Translations under genes and position numbers: made by a program
NCBI RefSeq assembly: GCF_004010195.1
Contig: NC_057754.1
Location: 4,905,609 to 4,939,746 of the forward strand
Length of the DNA stretch: 34,138 bases
Direction of reading: 5' to 3'
Origin: Chiloscyllium plagiosum
Lineage: Eukaryota
The notes under the pieces: model-generated
Told to the model about the DNA's origin: nothing
The model's input: the letters and a program-made list of their open reading frames with translations, nothing else
Database searches by the model: none
Part shown: positions 31,712-34,138 of the stretch, in pieces
Layout of the letters: the number at the start of each line of letters is the position of its first letter
Position numbering within the stretch: position 1 is the first letter of the stretch

Positions 31712-32519
31712 AATTTCTGGCTGTTAACAGCTGCTCCTTTTTTGAGGTATTTTAGGTGCTGGAGGTGATTTCCTCGAATTCCAGGAGCAGCAATTACTGT
31801 TTTATATGCTGTTGCATTGTTTTGGAACTTTGGGAAAAAAAGTCAAAACAATAGCGGTTTTAAAAAGGAGAAGAACAGACAAAGGAAGCACATGGTGAGG
31901 TCATTGCAGGAGAGAGAAAGAGAGAAAGAAACTGACACTGCCGTTGCTGTTTGAATTCATGTATCGCTGGACATCGGAGTGCATCTGGGAAAATTAACAA
32001 ACAGTGAAATTCACAGTGTCACATATAAATTGGTTATTCAATGTCATAATGGGTTATTGTTGGGATGCTTTGCTAAACTGATGTAGTCACTGAGGACTAA
32101 CCATTATTATCTATTTCATTCATACCTTGTACTTAAACAAAAATCAGCCAGGAGTCCTCCCAGGAATGGTGACCATTATGCTGTTGTAATCTCACTGTCT
32201 ACAGTGACTGATAAACACAGAAGGATCATTTATTTTATTGAATTCTGTAGACCAGGAGGATTTCAGGTTTGATTCCTGATCTGGAGCAAGTGGGCTTCTT
32301 GGTTGTTTATCTTGGCTAAGGAGGAGAAATTTCTATTAGGCATGTTGCTTCTGATTGTTGTCTAGTGACCCACAGTAGAAAGTGTCAAGATGTCAGTAAA
32401 ACACCAGTCCCTACTGTAGTCATAAATTGTATGGAAAGTTGCATTACACGTTCAGAAATGAAGAATGGGCAAGGATCACAGAATTGGACCCCAGCACCTT
32501 CGGATAGGAGGTGTGCATA

Positions 32520-33045
32520 TTACGAATGTTAAGTCATGCTTCAGGTATTGTGCACATTTGTGGTCTCTGTTTCATGAAAATGATACAGAAGAGTTATGAA
32601 GTTGCAAAAATATGTATAAGGATGACACTAATGAATTGTGAATATGAGGAAAAATTAGAACAGGTTTACTGTTTTCTGTAGAAAGCAGATGATGAGGACT
32701 GACCTAATAAGTAGGTCTTTAAAATTAAAAATATGTTTAATAGTGTGAATGTTCCCCTTGTGGAGGGGTGGGGGAGAAACCAGAATTAGAGGCCAAAAAT
32801 GCAAGGCAGTCATGATTAAATCCAACAGAGAATTCAGGAGAAAGGTCTTTAGAGAATGTGGAACTTGCTACGACAGGGAGCAAATAACAAAGACACATAT
32901 AATGGGGAGCTGCATAACCACACTGAAGAAATTATTAAAAGGACATGCTGATGAACTGTGAAGAGGGTTGTGAAAAAGCTCATCTTGAACATATTCACTC
33001 AGGTGAGCCTGTTGGCTGAATCATCTGACTCTGTGCTGCAAATTT
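32520..33045 (+). mobile_element. Highly decayed CR1 3' part
   Basis: YCAHLWS, YEEKLEQV, TRIRGQK..SNREFRRK remnants and a ttggctgaatcatctgactctgtgctg tail. Confidence 0.65.
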
Positions 33046-33924
33046 TATGTGAAAAAAAGAATGAAAACAGGCCTTATTGGCAGGAGACTAAATTGCATAT
33101 CTTCTGTGCCACTTTCCATGCTTCCAGGTGGATTCATCTCTCAACAATCCGGTTCAACCTTAATTTCCTGTTTACTGCTAGATGGAATCTTTTATTTAAC
33201 CCATCAACACTGCCATTAATTTCATCAGTTTAAATTGAGAGCTCATTGTGGGAGTTCAGGAACTAATATCCTCCCACGCTGCTGTTTAATGTGTTAAATC
33301 TGCAGCTGCTGCCAAGCTGAATATCTCATTATGATCTATTTGCCTAAACCAAGTAAAACTTTGGTCTTGTCTTCTGTACAAATCATACTTCCAAGATCTT
33401 CTGCCATGTAACACATTATGCTATCTAACATAAATTTATTTTCTTGGTTACTTTATCAAGGTGTATTCCTATTGAATAGATTGAAATCTAGCCAGAGAGT
33501 TTTATTTTACAAACATATCTAATGCATTTATTGCTAGCATCCCTAATTTGTTTGCAGACATCTTGACCTGCATTTCTAATGTTTTTGCATGATTTATTTT
33601 CCTCCCAGTTATTTTCGTTTTTTATTTATTGATTAATCTTTCTTCTCTTCACCATGTTTTATACTGGGGAGGCGTTGCTCAGACTTGGACGGGTTGGCTT
33701 TCTATATACTATGTTTGGAGAATTCAGCTTTTGTGATTGTTGACTAACCTGGCACACTGTTTCCACTGCAGTACATTGAGAATATAAGGTAGTACAGCTG
33801 TTTCCTTTGAATGGCTGACCCTGTATTTCAAAGGTTACTGGTATTTTGGAAGCATTTTAAGTGAGCCACAAGGAATGTGTCAGTAGTTGTAATCCATGCC
33901 CAAAGATGAAGGATTTAAAAGATG

Positions 33925-34138
33925 GAAATGTGTTGCTGGAAAAGCGCAGCAGGTCAAGCAGCATCTAGGGAACAGGAGAATCGACGTTTCGGGCATTAGC
34001 CCTTCTTCAGGAATGAGGAAAGTTGGTCCAGCAGGCTAAGATAAAAGATAGGGAGGAGGGACTTGGGGGAGGGGTGTCGGAAATGTGATAGGTGGAAAGA
34101 GGTCAAGGTGAGGGTGATAGGTCAGACTGGGGGGGGGG
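33925..34138 (-). mobile_element. Young Penelope-like pLTR (continues off the window)
   Basis: CpG-retaining terminus aaatgtgttgctggaaaagcgcagcaggtcaagcagcatc..; same family as 8207 and 21421. Confidence 0.85.
33980..34013 (-). ncRNA. Minimal type I hammerhead ribozyme motif, intact core
   Basis: Minus strand UUC-CUGAAGA-A-GGGC UAAU GCCC-GAAA-CGUC-GAU, with palindromic ACGU stem III, a GUC cleavage triplet and a weak stem I. Confidence 0.78.

Noticed and set aside
33343..33366. PKPSKTL as the next spectrin exon (expected PKPTKGRMRIHC)
   Set aside because: There is no AG acceptor immediately upstream and similarity ends after a few codons, so the next exon must lie beyond the window.

Overview
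This is AT-rich, repeat-dense vertebrate genomic DNA. The repeat families (HE1/V-SINE-type SINEs, CR1 LINEs, Penelope-like elements) point to a shark or other elasmobranch, which is an inference. The only intact coding exon is a 152-nt beta-spectrin CH1-domain exon (30011-30162, +, most like SPTBN2), so the rest is probably intronic: about 30 kb upstream and 4 kb downstream. The upstream part holds a decayed processed pseudogene of the NEK1 C-terminus and 3'UTR (~2909-4330, +). It is split by a CR1 fragment and carries an extra in-frame 75-nt cassette. The window also has about a dozen minimal hammerhead-ribozyme motifs in the termini of Penelope-like elements, two to three with intact cores, showing stem covariation between copies. 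Several sit in ~180-200-bp non-autonomous, partly palindromic elements with 12-13-bp target-site duplications. Other features are a nested Penelope RT/GIY-YIG cluster, many CR1 fragments, an RTE 3' end, a TA-flanked MITE, Deu-type SINEs, a ~200-bp tandem duplication and a ~67-bp minisatellite. Nearly all ORFs in the supplied track are spurious or transposon-derived. Family assignments come from recalled sequences and no database search was run.
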